From positions 128,001-192,000 of the forward strand of contig JAOAJX010000001.1 of the NCBI GenBank assembly GCA_026413945.1: a stretch of 64,000 nt of DNA. Direction: 5' to 3'. The position numbers and the translations under genes are program-made. Shown here one piece after another: positions 41,326 to 51,668 of this stretch (its first letter is position 1; the number at the start of each line of letters is the position of its first letter). The notes under the pieces were generated by a model. It saw only the letters and a program-made list of their open reading frames with translations. It was not told the origin of the DNA and searched no databases. This stretch comes from Candidatus Iainarchaeum sp. (lineage in GTDB: Archaea; Iainarchaeota; Iainarchaeia; Iainarchaeales; DTGL01).

Positions 41326-42486
41326 ATGGTTGTAATTATTGGTGCAGGTGTTACAAAATTTGACGAGCACTGGGAACTTTCTTTCAGGGAGCTTATACTT
41401 GAAGCAGCCCTAAAAGCTATAGAAAGTTCAGGCCTACATGGTGAGAAGATTGAAGCAATTTATGGTGGCTGTATGGCATCAGGTAGATTTATAGGCCAAG
41501 AACACATAGGTGCGCTTATTGCAGACCAACTTGGCTTAAATCCAATTCCAAGCACCAGAGTTGAAGCAGCCTGCGCATCTGGTGGTGTTGCTTTGAGGAC
41601 TGCATACCTTTCAATTAAAAGCGGCGCTCATGATATCGTTGCTGTCGGCGGAGTCGAAAAGATGACTGAGCTTAGCACAGAAGGTGTTAGTTTTGCTTTA
41701 GGTGGTGCGGGTGACCAGGAAATAGAATTATTCCATGGTGCAACCTTTCCTAGCCTCTATGCTTTGCTCGCCAGGGCTCATATGCAAGATTTTGGTACTA
41801 CCGAGGAACAAATGGCTGCAGTCGCAGTAAAAAACCACGCCAACGCGATTTTTAATCCAAATGCACAATTTCACCGCCAAATAGCAATAGAGGATGTTAT
41901 GGGATCTGGATATGTTGCAGAACCAATAAAAGTTTTGGACTGCTCACCGATTACTGATGGTGCGGCCGCTTTAATACTTTGTTCAAATGAAAAAGCTGAA
42001 GAACTGGGTCTCAAAGGCGTAGAAATAATTGCCTCTGAGCAAGCTTCAGACTCATTGGCAATAACAGGTAGAAAAAGTTTAACTGAGCTAAAAGCCACAA
42101 GGATGGCCGCTCAAAGAGCTTACCAAAAAACAGGGCTTAGTCCAAAAGATATTGATTTTGCCGAGGTTCATGATTGTTTCACAATTGCAGAGATTCTTGC
42201 AATTGAAGACCTTGGTTTTTTTGAGAAAGGGAAAGGTGGCATTGCCACAGAAAAAGGTGAGACCTCACTTAAAGGAAAAATACCTATTAATCCAAGCGGA
42301 GGTCTTAAGGGTAAAGGCCACCCCGTTGGCGCCACTGGAGTTGCACAGGCAGCTGAGGCATATTATCAGCTAATGGAGTTAGCAGGAGAGCGGCAAGTTA
42401 AAAAGGCCAAAACATGTTTAACGCATAATGTTGGCGGCTCAGGTGCAACAGCCATTGTTACTATTTATAGGAGATTTAAGGGGTGA
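41326..42486 (+). CDS. Acetoacetyl-CoA thiolase
   Basis: EAACASG, AVKNH.NA, CSPITDGAAA, EVHDCF, KGHPVGATG, HNVGG. Confidence 0.93.
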   Translation: MVVIIGAGVTKFDEHWELSFRELILEAALKAIESSGLHGEKIEAIYGGCMASGRFIGQEHIGALIADQLGLNPIPSTRVEAACASGGVALRTAYLSIKSGAHDIVAVGGVEKMTELSTEGVSFALGGAGDQEIELFHGATFPSLYALLARAHMQDFGTTEEQMAAVAVKNHANAIFNPNAQFHRQIAIEDVMGSGYVAEPIKVLDCSPITDGAAALILCSNEKAEELGLKGVEIIASEQASDSLAITGRKSLTELKATRMAAQRAYQKTGLSPKDIDFAEVHDCFTIAEILAIEDLGFFEKGKGGIATEKGETSLKGKIPINPSGGLKGKGHPVGATGVAQAAEAYYQLMELAGERQVKKAKTCLTHNVGGSGATAIVTIYRRFKG

Positions 42487-42490
42487 CTCC

Positions 42491-42892
42491 ATGCACAACA
42501 TTGCGCCTTTAAACTGGAGAAAATTTCCAGAGAGATATCTCCTAAAGGGAAATTACTGTGAAGTATGTAAACAAGCCTTTTTTCCGCCAAGACCAATATG
42601 TCCAAACTGCAGGCGAAAAGGAAAATTGATACAAATGGAGATGCCAAGACAAGGAAAGATCTTGAGCTATACAAAGGTTCATGTGCCTCCAGAGGGATTC
42701 AAAAATGAGGCACCTTACTATTTGGCAGTTATCGAGCTTGAAAATAAAGCCAAGGTGTTAAGCCAAATTGTTGATTCAGAACAAGAAAAAATAAAGATTG
42801 GCGCCAAAGTAAAAAAAGTTTTCAGACAGATTGGCGAACCAGATAAATACGGTACTATAACTTACGGTTATAAATTTAAAGTAATTCAATAA
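42491..42892 (+). CDS. DUF35 Zn-ribbon/OB-fold scaffold of the thiolase-HMGS complex
   Basis: CEVC..FPPRPICPNC, G.ILSYT, APY.LAVIEL, YGYKF; GGGTGA SD. Confidence 0.9.
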   Translation: MHNIAPLNWRKFPERYLLKGNYCEVCKQAFFPPRPICPNCRRKGKLIQMEMPRQGKILSYTKVHVPPEGFKNEAPYYLAVIELENKAKVLSQIVDSEQEKIKIGAKVKKVFRQIGEPDKYGTITYGYKFKVIQ

Positions 42893-42910
42893 TATGGTGT
42901 TGGTGATTAG

Positions 42911-43906
42911 TTGGATAGTGCTAAAGCTAGCGCTCCAGGCAATCTTTTTCTGACTGGCGAGCACGCAGTAGTTTATGGGAAACCAGCAATAATTGCTGCT
43001 GTTAATAAAAGAGCTTATTGCACTTCATTCAAATCAAAAGGCAATACCATTTCTGTTATAAGCAGAGAATTTGGTATTGCAAAAGCTAAAATTAAGGAAA
43101 ATAATATTGTTAACCATGAAGGAAAAAATGAGCTCTTTGTTTTCTTTGATTTGGTTGAAATGCTTATGCATAAGCATGATATTAGAGACGGCCTTGAGAT
43201 AAGAATTGAATCAGATGTGCCAGTAGAGTCCGGCCTTAGCTCAAGCACAGCAACTTTAAGCGCAGCATTGTATTCACTTAATCTTCTTTTTGATCTTAGA
43301 ATAAAAAAAGAAAACTTTTTTGATTATCTATACCCTCTACAAGTCAAGATACATGGTGGCAAAGCATCTGGTAGTGAAATTTTCTCAAGTTCAATTGGTG
43401 GTTATAACAAAATTCAAAAGATAGATTGTGAAGGAAAAACAAAAATAAACTCCAAAGAGCTAGGAAAACACAGTTTTAGCATAGTGATAGGTAATACAAA
43501 AGTAAGAGCCCCCACAGCGCTTACTGTTGGCATGCACGTACCATCACTTATGAGAAGGTTTCCTAATATGGTTGAAAAGGAATTCGAAAAGATAGAATCT
43601 ATATGTGAAAAGATTGAAAAAGCACTTGAGGCTGAAGATATTTACAGAATTGGCAAACTCATAAACAAAAATCAAAAAATACTATCAAAACTCGGTCTTA
43701 GTCATCCAAAGATTGATGACTGTATTAACGAAGCACTCCATGCTGGTGCTTTGGGTGCAAAACTTAGTGGCGGTGGCTGGGGCGGAGTGATGTTTGCACT
43801 TGCAAAAAGAGGGGAAGAAGAAAAAATAGCTAAAGCCATAGAGTCCACAGGAGCTGAAGCAATAATCACCACAATAGGCGGTGAAGGAGTAAAAGCATGC
43901 GATTAA
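42911..43906 (+). CDS. mvk: Mevalonate kinase
   Basis: SAPG..FLTGEHAVVYG.PA, PVESGLSSS, HGGKASG, GAKLSGGGWGG. Confidence 0.9.
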   Translation: MDSAKASAPGNLFLTGEHAVVYGKPAIIAAVNKRAYCTSFKSKGNTISVISREFGIAKAKIKENNIVNHEGKNELFVFFDLVEMLMHKHDIRDGLEIRIESDVPVESGLSSSTATLSAALYSLNLLFDLRIKKENFFDYLYPLQVKIHGGKASGSEIFSSSIGGYNKIQKIDCEGKTKINSKELGKHSFSIVIGNTKVRAPTALTVGMHVPSLMRRFPNMVEKEFEKIESICEKIEKALEAEDIYRIGKLINKNQKILSKLGLSHPKIDDCINEALHAGALGAKLSGGGWGGVMFALAKRGEEEKIAKAIESTGAEAIITTIGGEGVKACD

Positions 43907-44445
43907 TAGTTGCATCGTGTGGTGCAAGCGGTATTAATTACGTATCATTACTAATTAAAGAACTTAAAAAGAGAAAAGTAGAGATGCATCTTATATTTTC
44001 TGAATGGGCAAAGAAAGTAGCAAATTTTGAAGAGCAACAATTAACTTATAAAGGAATAAAAATTTACAATAACGACGAATTAGATGCGAGCATCTCTAGC
44101 ACAAGCTTTCCAGTTGATGCAATGGTTATATTGCCAGCAAGCATAAAAACTGCAAGCGATATTGCCAATGCACACACTGATAACCTTATTGCAAGATGCG
44201 CAGATAATATGCTTAGACAAAGAAAAAAGCTCATCCTTTGCATAAGAGAAACTCCTTTGAGCACACCTGCACTTAAAAATCTTTACAAAATTTCTCTTTA
44301 TGGCGGCATCGTTTTTCCTCTTTCCCCAGCTTTTTATTCCAAGCCAAAAAGCATTTCTGATATCGAGGCTTTTATAGTTGGAAAGATCTTAGACCTTCTT
44401 TCAATCGAGAATGAACTCTACAAGAGGTGGAACTATGGACTTTAG
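43897..44445 (+). CDS. ubiX: Flavin prenyltransferase UbiX
   Basis: GASG, MVILPASIKT..IAN..DNLIARCAD, RETPL, PAFY. Confidence 0.9.
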   Translation: MRLIVASCGASGINYVSLLIKELKKRKVEMHLIFSEWAKKVANFEEQQLTYKGIKIYNNDELDASISSTSFPVDAMVILPASIKTASDIANAHTDNLIARCADNMLRQRKKLILCIRETPLSTPALKNLYKISLYGGIVFPLSPAFYSKPKSISDIEAFIVGKILDLLSIENELYKRWNYGL

Positions 44446-45796
44446 AAGTTTTATTCAGAAGCTCGATAAAAGCAAGGAACTGATAAAAGTAAGTAAACCC
44501 GTATCTAAGAGATTTGAAGCAGCAGCAATACTTAAAGCTCTTGATGGCAAACCAGTACTGTTTGAAAACATAAAAGAATCTCAATTCAAGGTTGCTGGGA
44601 ATGTGTTTTCCTCGAAACATTACATCGCAGATTACTTTGGTTGCGATGAAAGAGATTTAATAAAAATAATGGTTAATGCGTTGAACAAACCAAAAGAATT
44701 GAATATTATAAAGAAAAGCCCATGTCAAGATATAATTGTTGAAGAAAAAGATGTTGATTTGGACAAATTGCCAATACTAAGGCATACGAAAATTGACGGT
44801 GGTAACTACATAACTTCTGGTGTCTTCATTGCAAAAGACAAAGAATTAGGCATGAACGCTTCTTTTCATCGATGTATGCAATTAGATAAAAAAACATTCT
44901 CCGTTAGGGTTTGTGAACGTAATCTCTATGAGTTTTTACAAAGAGCATCCGGTGAACTTAATGTTGCAGTATGTATTGGCAATCCTGCTAGCGTCTTGTT
45001 AGCTGGAGCTACAAGCCCCCCAATTGGACAGTTCGAGTTTGAGATTGCAAGTGCACTCGAGAGTTTTGGGGTTGTTAAGGCACAATTTGCAGATGTATAT
45101 GTTCCTTCAAGTTCTGAATTTATAATAGAAGGCACACTTACAATGAATGAGCTTGCTAACGAAGGCATGTTTTTAGATCTTACTGGTACAAGGGACTTTG
45201 TTAGAAAACAACCAATTCTAAAGGTTAAGAGAATAACCCATAGAAAAAATGCGATATGGCATGCGTTATTACCGGGTGGTAACGAGCATGGGCTGCTTAT
45301 GGGAATGCCGAGAGAACCAACAATATTTTCAGAAGTTAGCAAAGTTGCAAAATGTTTAAATGTAAACATAACTCAAGGAGGCTGTTCATGGCTTCATGCT
45401 GTAGTTCAAGTGCAGAAAGAAAGCGATGAACAAATAAAAAGAGTGATTGAAGCTGCATTTAAAGGCCATAGCTCCTTAAAGCATGTTTTTGTTGTTGATG
45501 CTGACATCGATGCTAATAATATGCAAGAAGTTGAATGGGCCTTTGCAACAAGATTGCAAGGCGACAAGCAAATACACATATTCCCAAAACAAAAAGGTTC
45601 TAGCTTGGATCCAAGTGCTGAGCACCCAAGCAGAATAACATGTAAAGTTGGCTTTGACTTAACTATCCCTATGGGCAGAGATAAAGCAGATTTTACAAAG
45701 GTAAACTATGAAAGAATTGAGTTGGATAAATATTTGGTGAAAAAAGATGAAGCTAAGCAAAGAAGAAAAAGAGTATCTGGAAGGAAAACACGGTAA
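44435..45796 (+). CDS. UbiD-family decarboxylase, probable anhydromevalonate phosphate decarboxylase
   Basis: DGGNYIT, SFHR, EFIIEG, EGMF.D, VVDADID..VEWAFATR, SLDPS; mevalonate operon context. Confidence 0.88.
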   Translation: MDFRSFIQKLDKSKELIKVSKPVSKRFEAAAILKALDGKPVLFENIKESQFKVAGNVFSSKHYIADYFGCDERDLIKIMVNALNKPKELNIIKKSPCQDIIVEEKDVDLDKLPILRHTKIDGGNYITSGVFIAKDKELGMNASFHRCMQLDKKTFSVRVCERNLYEFLQRASGELNVAVCIGNPASVLLAGATSPPIGQFEFEIASALESFGVVKAQFADVYVPSSSEFIIEGTLTMNELANEGMFLDLTGTRDFVRKQPILKVKRITHRKNAIWHALLPGGNEHGLLMGMPREPTIFSEVSKVAKCLNVNITQGGCSWLHAVVQVQKESDEQIKRVIEAAFKGHSSLKHVFVVDADIDANNMQEVEWAFATRLQGDKQIHIFPKQKGSSLDPSAEHPSRITCKVGFDLTIPMGRDKADFTKVNYERIELDKYLVKKDEAKQRRKRVSGRKTR

Positions 45797-46922
45797 TGCA
45801 GCAAAAAAAGCAATGGAAATTCTTGTAGCACTCGGAAAAATTTACTCAGCAAAGAGATTAATTACTGTAGACAGTGTCCAGATTTCTGGTGTAAGTTATC
45901 ACACTATTGGTGATGCAGGCTTAGAATTGTTGGAAGACCTTGCTAAAGATGGCAAAATAAAAGTTCCTCTAACAACTTTAAATCCAGCTGGCATAGATAT
46001 TGAAAATTGGCAATGCTTGGGCATAGATAAAAATTTTGCTGAAAAGCAACAACGCATTTTAAGCGCTTTCAAGAAGATTGGGGTTATTGTGAGTTGCACT
46101 TGTACACCTTACTTAATAGGCAATATTCCAAAGTACGGCTCACATATTGCATGGAGTGAAAGCAGTGCCGTATGTTTTGCAAACTCGATTATTGGTGCAA
46201 GAACAAATCGCGAAAGCGGTTTATCGAGCCTAGCAAGTGCTATTACTGGAAAAACACCTGATTATGGCCTTCATATAGAAAAGAACCGCAAACCAAAATA
46301 TCTTGTAGAAGTCAAAGCAAACCTTACTGATATAACTGATTTTGGCGCACTTGGTAAAATTATCGGTGAAAAAATCGGAGGTGAAATACCTCTGATAAGA
46401 GGAATTTCTGATGCTGATCTTGATGAATTGAAAAGTCTTTGTGCCTCAATTGCGACTTTTGGTGGTACTGCACTTTTTCATATAAAAGATTTGACCCCCG
46501 AAAAAGTAAAAGCACCTAAGAAAAAATTATACATAACATCAGCCGATATTGAAAAAGCGAAGAACTCATTTTTTGATACTAATGAATATGACTTCATTGC
46601 AATAGGTTGTCCACATGCTTCCATAACAGAAATCCAGCAGATTGCCTCAGCACTTGATGGCAAAATGGTAAAAAAAGAATTTTGGGTGTTCTGTGCAAGA
46701 CCAGTAAAGAAAATTTCCGATCTTATGGGTTACACCGAGGTTATTGAAAAGGCTGGTGCCAGATTTGCTTGCGACACTTGTATGGCTGTTGCCCCGCTTA
46801 AAGGTAGATTTAATGGCATGATTACAAATTCAGCAAAAGCATGCTTCTATGGGCGCGGTTCAAACAATTTTAAAGTAAGACTTGCTACACTTGAAGAATG
46901 CATAAAGGTGGCTTTAAATTGA
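45747..46922 (+). CDS. Aconitase X large subunit, probable phosphomevalonate dehydratase
   Basis: GVSY, TTLNP, CTCTPY, AWSESSA..ANS.IGARTNRE, IGCPH, DTCM, TNSAK. Confidence 0.9.
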   Translation: MKLSKEEKEYLEGKHGNAAKKAMEILVALGKIYSAKRLITVDSVQISGVSYHTIGDAGLELLEDLAKDGKIKVPLTTLNPAGIDIENWQCLGIDKNFAEKQQRILSAFKKIGVIVSCTCTPYLIGNIPKYGSHIAWSESSAVCFANSIIGARTNRESGLSSLASAITGKTPDYGLHIEKNRKPKYLVEVKANLTDITDFGALGKIIGEKIGGEIPLIRGISDADLDELKSLCASIATFGGTALFHIKDLTPEKVKAPKKKLYITSADIEKAKNSFFDTNEYDFIAIGCPHASITEIQQIASALDGKMVKKEFWVFCARPVKKISDLMGYTEVIEKAGARFACDTCMAVAPLKGRFNGMITNSAKACFYGRGSNNFKVRLATLEECIKVALN

Positions 46923-47305
46923 TTCTTAAAGGTAGAAAAATTTCTTCAGGAAAGGCTGAAGGCGAATGCCTTTTCAGCGAACAACCAATATCATTTTTTG
47001 GGGGAATTGATCCTGATACTGGAATTATAATTGAAAAGGGACACCCGCTTGAAGGAGTGAACATAGCAGGAAAAATACTTATTTTCCCTCATGGCAAGGG
47101 TTCTACTGTTGGCAGTTATACAATATACCGCTTAAAAAAGAACAAAAAAGCACCTGCAGCAATGATTCTTAAAGAATGCGAAACAATAGTTGCAATAGGT
47201 GCAATAATTTCAGAAATCCCTTGTATTGATAAAATAAAAATAGAAAAACTAAATAAAATTACTATGCTGAAAGTTGATGCAGATAAAGCAGTGGTGATTT
47301 TTTGA
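46919..47305 (+). CDS. Aconitase X small (DUF126 swivel) subunit
   Basis: G.AEG..SFFGGIDP.TG..HPL.G..GKILIFP.GKGSTVGSY. Confidence 0.9.
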   Translation: MILKGRKISSGKAEGECLFSEQPISFFGGIDPDTGIIIEKGHPLEGVNIAGKILIFPHGKGSTVGSYTIYRLKKNKKAPAAMILKECETIVAIGAIISEIPCIDKIKIEKLNKITMLKVDADKAVVIF

Positions 47306-48090
47306 AAGAACTCGTTTTAATTAAACTCGGCGGCTCTCTAATAACTGACAAACGTAAAAAGGAGAAAGCTAGGCTAAATTTGATTGCCTCATTAGCACAT
47401 GAAATAAAACCATTCATTGGGAAAAAAAGACTCATTGTTGCCCACGGTGGTGGAAGCTTTCCTCATTATCCCGCAAAAGAGTACAGGGTCAATGAAGGCA
47501 TTTTAAATAAAAACAGCCTGAAGGGCTTTTGCCTCACCCATGATGCCGCAGCAAGACTAAATCGCATTGTTGTAGGCGAGTTTCTAAAAGCAGGCATAAA
47601 TGCAATAAGCATGCAGCCAAGCTCTTTCATGTTCTGCAAAAATGGAAAAATAATTCAAAGCAATCTTTGCGCAATAGAAGAAGCTTTGCAGCATAACATA
47701 TTGCCAGTGCCGTATGGCGATGCTGTGTTTGACACTGAAAAGGGCATAACAATAATATCAACAGAACAGATACTTTCACACTTAGCTTTAAAACTCAAAG
47801 CTAAAAGGATAATCGTTGCAGGCATAGTTAATGGAGTTTATACATCAGATCCATTGCTAAGTCCTTGTGCAAAGTTAATACCTAAAATCACTGCAAAGAA
47901 TTTTCCAAATATAAGAAATATGCTTTCTGGCTCTCACGGCGTAGATGTTACTGGCGGAATGCTTTCAAAAGTTGAAGACCTCGTTGCTCTCTCAAACAAG
48001 GGAATTAGGGCCCAAATAATTGGCGCAGAGCAAAAAGGCAATTTGAAAAAGGCAATTTTAGGAAAAAGAATCGGCACTATAATTGGCTAA
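47302..48090 (+). CDS. Isopentenyl phosphate kinase
   Basis: IKLGGSLITDK, HGGGSFPH, PVPYGD, DVTGGM..K. Confidence 0.92.
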   Translation: MKELVLIKLGGSLITDKRKKEKARLNLIASLAHEIKPFIGKKRLIVAHGGGSFPHYPAKEYRVNEGILNKNSLKGFCLTHDAAARLNRIVVGEFLKAGINAISMQPSSFMFCKNGKIIQSNLCAIEEALQHNILPVPYGDAVFDTEKGITIISTEQILSHLALKLKAKRIIVAGIVNGVYTSDPLLSPCAKLIPKITAKNFPNIRNMLSGSHGVDVTGGMLSKVEDLVALSNKGIRAQIIGAEQKGNLKKAILGKRIGTIIG

Positions 48091-48141
48091 GAGTTAAACA
48101 CCATTAAAAACCATTTTTAACTTTTTGGTGAATAATAGTTT

Positions 48142-48716
48142 ATGCCTTTACCGAAAAACAGGTTAAGACAACCGAAAACTTCAAGAGCAGTGGTAATAAA
48201 GAGAGAATTAAAACAAATGACTAGTGAGCAAATCGCAAGTCTGATTTCCGCTGCCGCAAAACAACCACTACCGGTAAGAGTTTTGTTGGCAAAAGGCCTA
48301 AATACACGAAGACTCAAGGCAAGAGGATTTACCGCAAAAAATTGGCAGAATTAGGGTATAAGGCCAGCGAATTAAGACTACTCGGATATTCTGCAATTGA
48401 CTTAAAACGTGCTGGATTTAGTGTATATGACATAATACATGCCGGATTTACTTTAGATGAATTAAGGCGGCTAGGCAGCAAATTTGCCCCAGGTGGGCCA
48501 AAAAAAGTAGGATATACTGCAGGTGAATTATTTGCTGCTGGACATAGCTTAGAAGAATTAAGAAGATTCGGATATACTGCAATCGACTTAAGAGCTGCTG
48601 GATTTGATGTGGATGAATTAGTACATGCTGGATATACTGCGCCCGAATTAATACTTGCCGGTTTTTCCCAAGTACAAGTAAATGCTGCTTTTAGCAGAAA
48701 AGCCAAAGCCAAATAA
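48142..48716 (+). pseudogene. Decapeptide-repeat protein split by a -1 frameshift at 48336-48342 (recoded gene, pseudogene or assembly error)
   Basis: ORF1 ends LKARGFTAK and ORF2 continues LAELGYKASELRLLGYSAIDLKRAGFS.. in perfect 10-aa register. Confidence 0.7.
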
Positions 48717-48796
48717 GACTGTTAAATAGTACTAGTTCACGAAACCCAGCAAAACAATTATATACTACAAACTGCTTTCTTTATACTGATGTTTTA

Positions 48797-48925
48797 ATGT
48801 GTGCAGATTCCAGTTTAACGAATAAAGAAAAGCAAGAATGTGAAGAAAGCGCAAAAAGTTTTGGGGCATCTTTAGGGAAACTATTTCTTGCAATGGGTTT
48901 GGAAGAGTTGAAGAAAGAACCTTAA
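48797..48925 (+). CDS. Possible 42-aa small protein
   Basis: MCADSSLTNKEKQECEESAKSFGASLGKLFLAMGLEELKKEP, below the track length cut-off. Confidence 0.3.
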   Translation: MCADSSLTNKEKQECEESAKSFGASLGKLFLAMGLEELKKEP

Positions 48926-49003
48926 AGATTAATTGAAAGCCTCTAAGTGAATAAAGAAAATAAAGAATAACCTTTTAAATAAAGTTGCAATCGTATCTTT
49001 TTT

Positions 49004-50008
49004 ATGTCAATCAGAGATAGAAAGCGCGAGCACATTGAGATTTCACTCACACAAAATGTAAACTTCCGCTCAACTACAACATGGCTTGAGAAAGTGCTTT
49101 TGGAATATTCTGCTTTGCCAGAAATAGACCTTGATGACGTTTGTCTTGAGACTGATTTTTTGGGTAAAAAACTAAAAGCACCACTTATGGTTAGCGGCAT
49201 GGTTGGAGGTATAGAAGAAGCGAAGCAGATAAATAGAGATATTGCGAAAGCATGTGAATCTCTTGGTATTGCGTTTGGTGTTGGTTCTCAAAGAGCAATG
49301 CTTGAAAATCCACAGCTCAAGCATACTTATTTTGTGAGAGATGTCGCACCAAATATTTTTGTTGCTGGTAATTTAGGAGTAACACAACTAAAGGATTATT
49401 CATTGGAACAAATCGAATATGCCTTAGAATCGATTGGTGCTGATGCCTTGGCAATACACATAAATGCTGCACAGGAATCAATACAACCAGAGGGTACGCC
49501 AAGATTTAAAGGGTGTCTTAAAAAGATTGATGAGGTTTCTAAAAAGCTAAGTAAGCCAGTCTATGTAAAAGAAGTTGGTCATGGGGTCTCTTTTCGAGTA
49601 GCGCAAGAACTAGCAAAAACAAACATAAAAGCAATCGATGTACAAGGTGCCGGTGGCACTTCATGGACTGCAATAGAATTTATTAGAAATAAGTCAGCTT
49701 TCGGTGAAACATTTTGGGATTTTGGCATACCAACTGCAAGCAGCGTGGCAGAGTGCAGAAAAGCCTTCAAAGGAATCATAATTGCTAGTGGTGGCATACG
49801 CTCAGGCCTCGATGCTGTAAAATCGTTTGTGCTTGGAGCAAACATGGTTGCTATCGCAAAACCAGTCCTTGAAGCCCAAGCCAAAGGTGGTCACAAAGAG
49901 GTTGAAAATTACCTTAGCAAAATAATTCACGAAATAAAAGTTGCCCTTTTCCTGATTGGGGCAAAAAGCCCTAAAGAAGCAGTTGGGCGTGGCAGATTAC
50001 AACCCTAG
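49004..50008 (+). CDS. fni: Isopentenyl-diphosphate delta-isomerase type 2
   Basis: RKREHI, GVGSQR, IHINAAQE..QPEG, VKEVGHG, GAGGTSW, ASGGIR. Confidence 0.95.
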   Translation: MSIRDRKREHIEISLTQNVNFRSTTTWLEKVLLEYSALPEIDLDDVCLETDFLGKKLKAPLMVSGMVGGIEEAKQINRDIAKACESLGIAFGVGSQRAMLENPQLKHTYFVRDVAPNIFVAGNLGVTQLKDYSLEQIEYALESIGADALAIHINAAQESIQPEGTPRFKGCLKKIDEVSKKLSKPVYVKEVGHGVSFRVAQELAKTNIKAIDVQGAGGTSWTAIEFIRNKSAFGETFWDFGIPTASSVAECRKAFKGIIIASGGIRSGLDAVKSFVLGANMVAIAKPVLEAQAKGGHKEVENYLSKIIHEIKVALFLIGAKSPKEAVGRGRLQP

Positions 50009-50033
50009 ATGCTCAAACATCTTCAATAACATT

Positions 50034-50831
50034 TTATGTTTTAATAATTTCAAGCCCAAAATCTTCTAGCATAGATATTACTCTTGCCTTCTCTGTTGAA
50101 AGGCCTTTTTTTTCAATTACAAAGGCCTTGACAGTTTCCACTGTAGACTTTATTGCCTTTTCAATAGATTCTTTAGTCAGTTTTGCTAAATAATGCTTAG
50201 GGCACATGTGCGAGAAAGCAAGTTCCGTTTCTAATGCCATTTTCGTGAAGTGCTGGTTGTAATGTAAGCCCCCGAACCCAAGCACTGCCTTGGACTTAAT
50301 ATTATAATCAGCATCAACAATTGTTTTTGCAACAACATTTGCTGCTTTTGTATCAGTCCATTGTGCAATGCTTGAGCCAATCTCAATATAAAGTGCAGGT
50401 TTTGTTAAATACGGGCCATGGTGTGTTGCCTCATAAACAACATCATAATCTATACATAACTTCTTCTTTAACTCATTAAGATAACATATGTATGCTTTCA
50501 TAACCGCAGAGCTTGTTGGCACTAACTCAAAATCTTTGCCACCAAAATGCGCTTTTGCCCAATTTCCTATTGGATGCACAGTAAGCGTTGGTCTTTTAGA
50601 TTCCGAAGAATGCTTCGAAGCAAAGACAAACAATTTACAATTAATTTTATCTACATAATCAGCAAATATCTGATCAGAATTTATAAAATATAGTTTCATG
50701 TTTTTTTCATTGCTTTGGTAAACCCCATTTCCATCAAAGTTCTCTTCACATTCTTCAAAACCATTGCTAAAAAGCTCTTTTGCAATATTCATTCCAGCAG
50801 GATCTAGTTTAGATACTATTATGGCAATCAT
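50034..50831 (-). CDS. dtdA: D-aminoacyl-tRNA deacylase (archaeal DTD2)
   Basis: SKLDPAGMNI, FASKH.S..LTVH, EATHHGP, YIEIGS, GFGGLHY; start moved to MIAIIVS. Confidence 0.92.
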   Translation of the reverse strand: MIAIIVSKLDPAGMNIAKELFSNGFEECEENFDGNGVYQSNEKNMKLYFINSDQIFADYVDKINCKLFVFASKHSSESKRPTLTVHPIGNWAKAHFGGKDFELVPTSSAVMKAYICYLNELKKKLCIDYDVVYEATHHGPYLTKPALYIEIGSSIAQWTDTKAANVVAKTIVDADYNIKSKAVLGFGGLHYNQHFTKMALETELAFSHMCPKHYLAKLTKESIEKAIKSTVETVKAFVIEKKGLSTEKARVISMLEDFGLEIIKT

Positions 50832-50886
50832 AAAAAGCGATTGTGCATTTATGGTTAAAAGCTTAACATCTGATACTTTGTTAAGT

Positions 50887-51654
50887 ATGGATACTTTCAG
50901 GCTTTTTGTTGTTGCATTTTTGGCAATTGTAATGATTGCTTTGTTATTACAGATTTTTGGCTTGTTTGAACCAACTTTGGATCTTGAGAAAGAAATCAAA
51001 GAACTGATTCGAATTGCAGAATCTCAACCAGGTAAATACTTCTCAAAGATGCTCCCTCTGCAAGGCACATTGATTGCAGATATTTTTGAGAATGAACAAA
51101 GATCACTGATTTTTCTTTGTAACAGTCCTTCTTTGTGCTGTGAAATGGCGCAAAAGTGTGGGAAAAATCTTGAATGGAATAATATAAAAACCTCAAGGTT
51201 CATAACCTCAAAACAAAAGAAGCAGGCATATGTATCAGTAAGATGTAGATTCCAGTCATTAACTATTTGCAAAGTTTACTTTGGGCAAGAGCCCGCGCAA
51301 ATTACAATCGAAAGCTTTGGCATTGATGTTAACCAGAACACTGCTTTCGCTGGTGAAAATATATATATTAACTACTCAATAAAAAACACAGGCAAAACAT
51401 CGCTTATTGCAACTTCCGTGGCTAAACTTTATGCCTCTCATACAGAGCTTTCAGGCGAAGTTTGGCTATTTATAAAGGACTTCAAAGGAAAAGATTTTGC
51501 GCTTCTCAGCAATGAGTCTGCCAATGATTCCATCAATTTCTCAATAACAGCTCCAGGAAAATATAAAATAGAGCTATTTGTCTATGAAAGTAATGATGAG
51601 ACAAATTTCGACTCAAAGAGCTTTGAATTAATGGTTTTTGAGAAAAAGCACTAA
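50887..51654 (+). CDS. Membrane-anchored protein with C-terminal CARDB/Ig-like domain
   Basis: Hydrophobic N-terminus MDTFRLFVVAFLAIV; INYSIKNTG..APGKYKIELFV; start uncertain. Confidence 0.6.
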   Translation: MDTFRLFVVAFLAIVMIALLLQIFGLFEPTLDLEKEIKELIRIAESQPGKYFSKMLPLQGTLIADIFENEQRSLIFLCNSPSLCCEMAQKCGKNLEWNNIKTSRFITSKQKKQAYVSVRCRFQSLTICKVYFGQEPAQITIESFGIDVNQNTAFAGENIYINYSIKNTGKTSLIATSVAKLYASHTELSGEVWLFIKDFKGKDFALLSNESANDSINFSITAPGKYKIELFVYESNDETNFDSKSFELMVFEKKH

Positions 51655-51668
51655 ATCAATTAAGCAAT

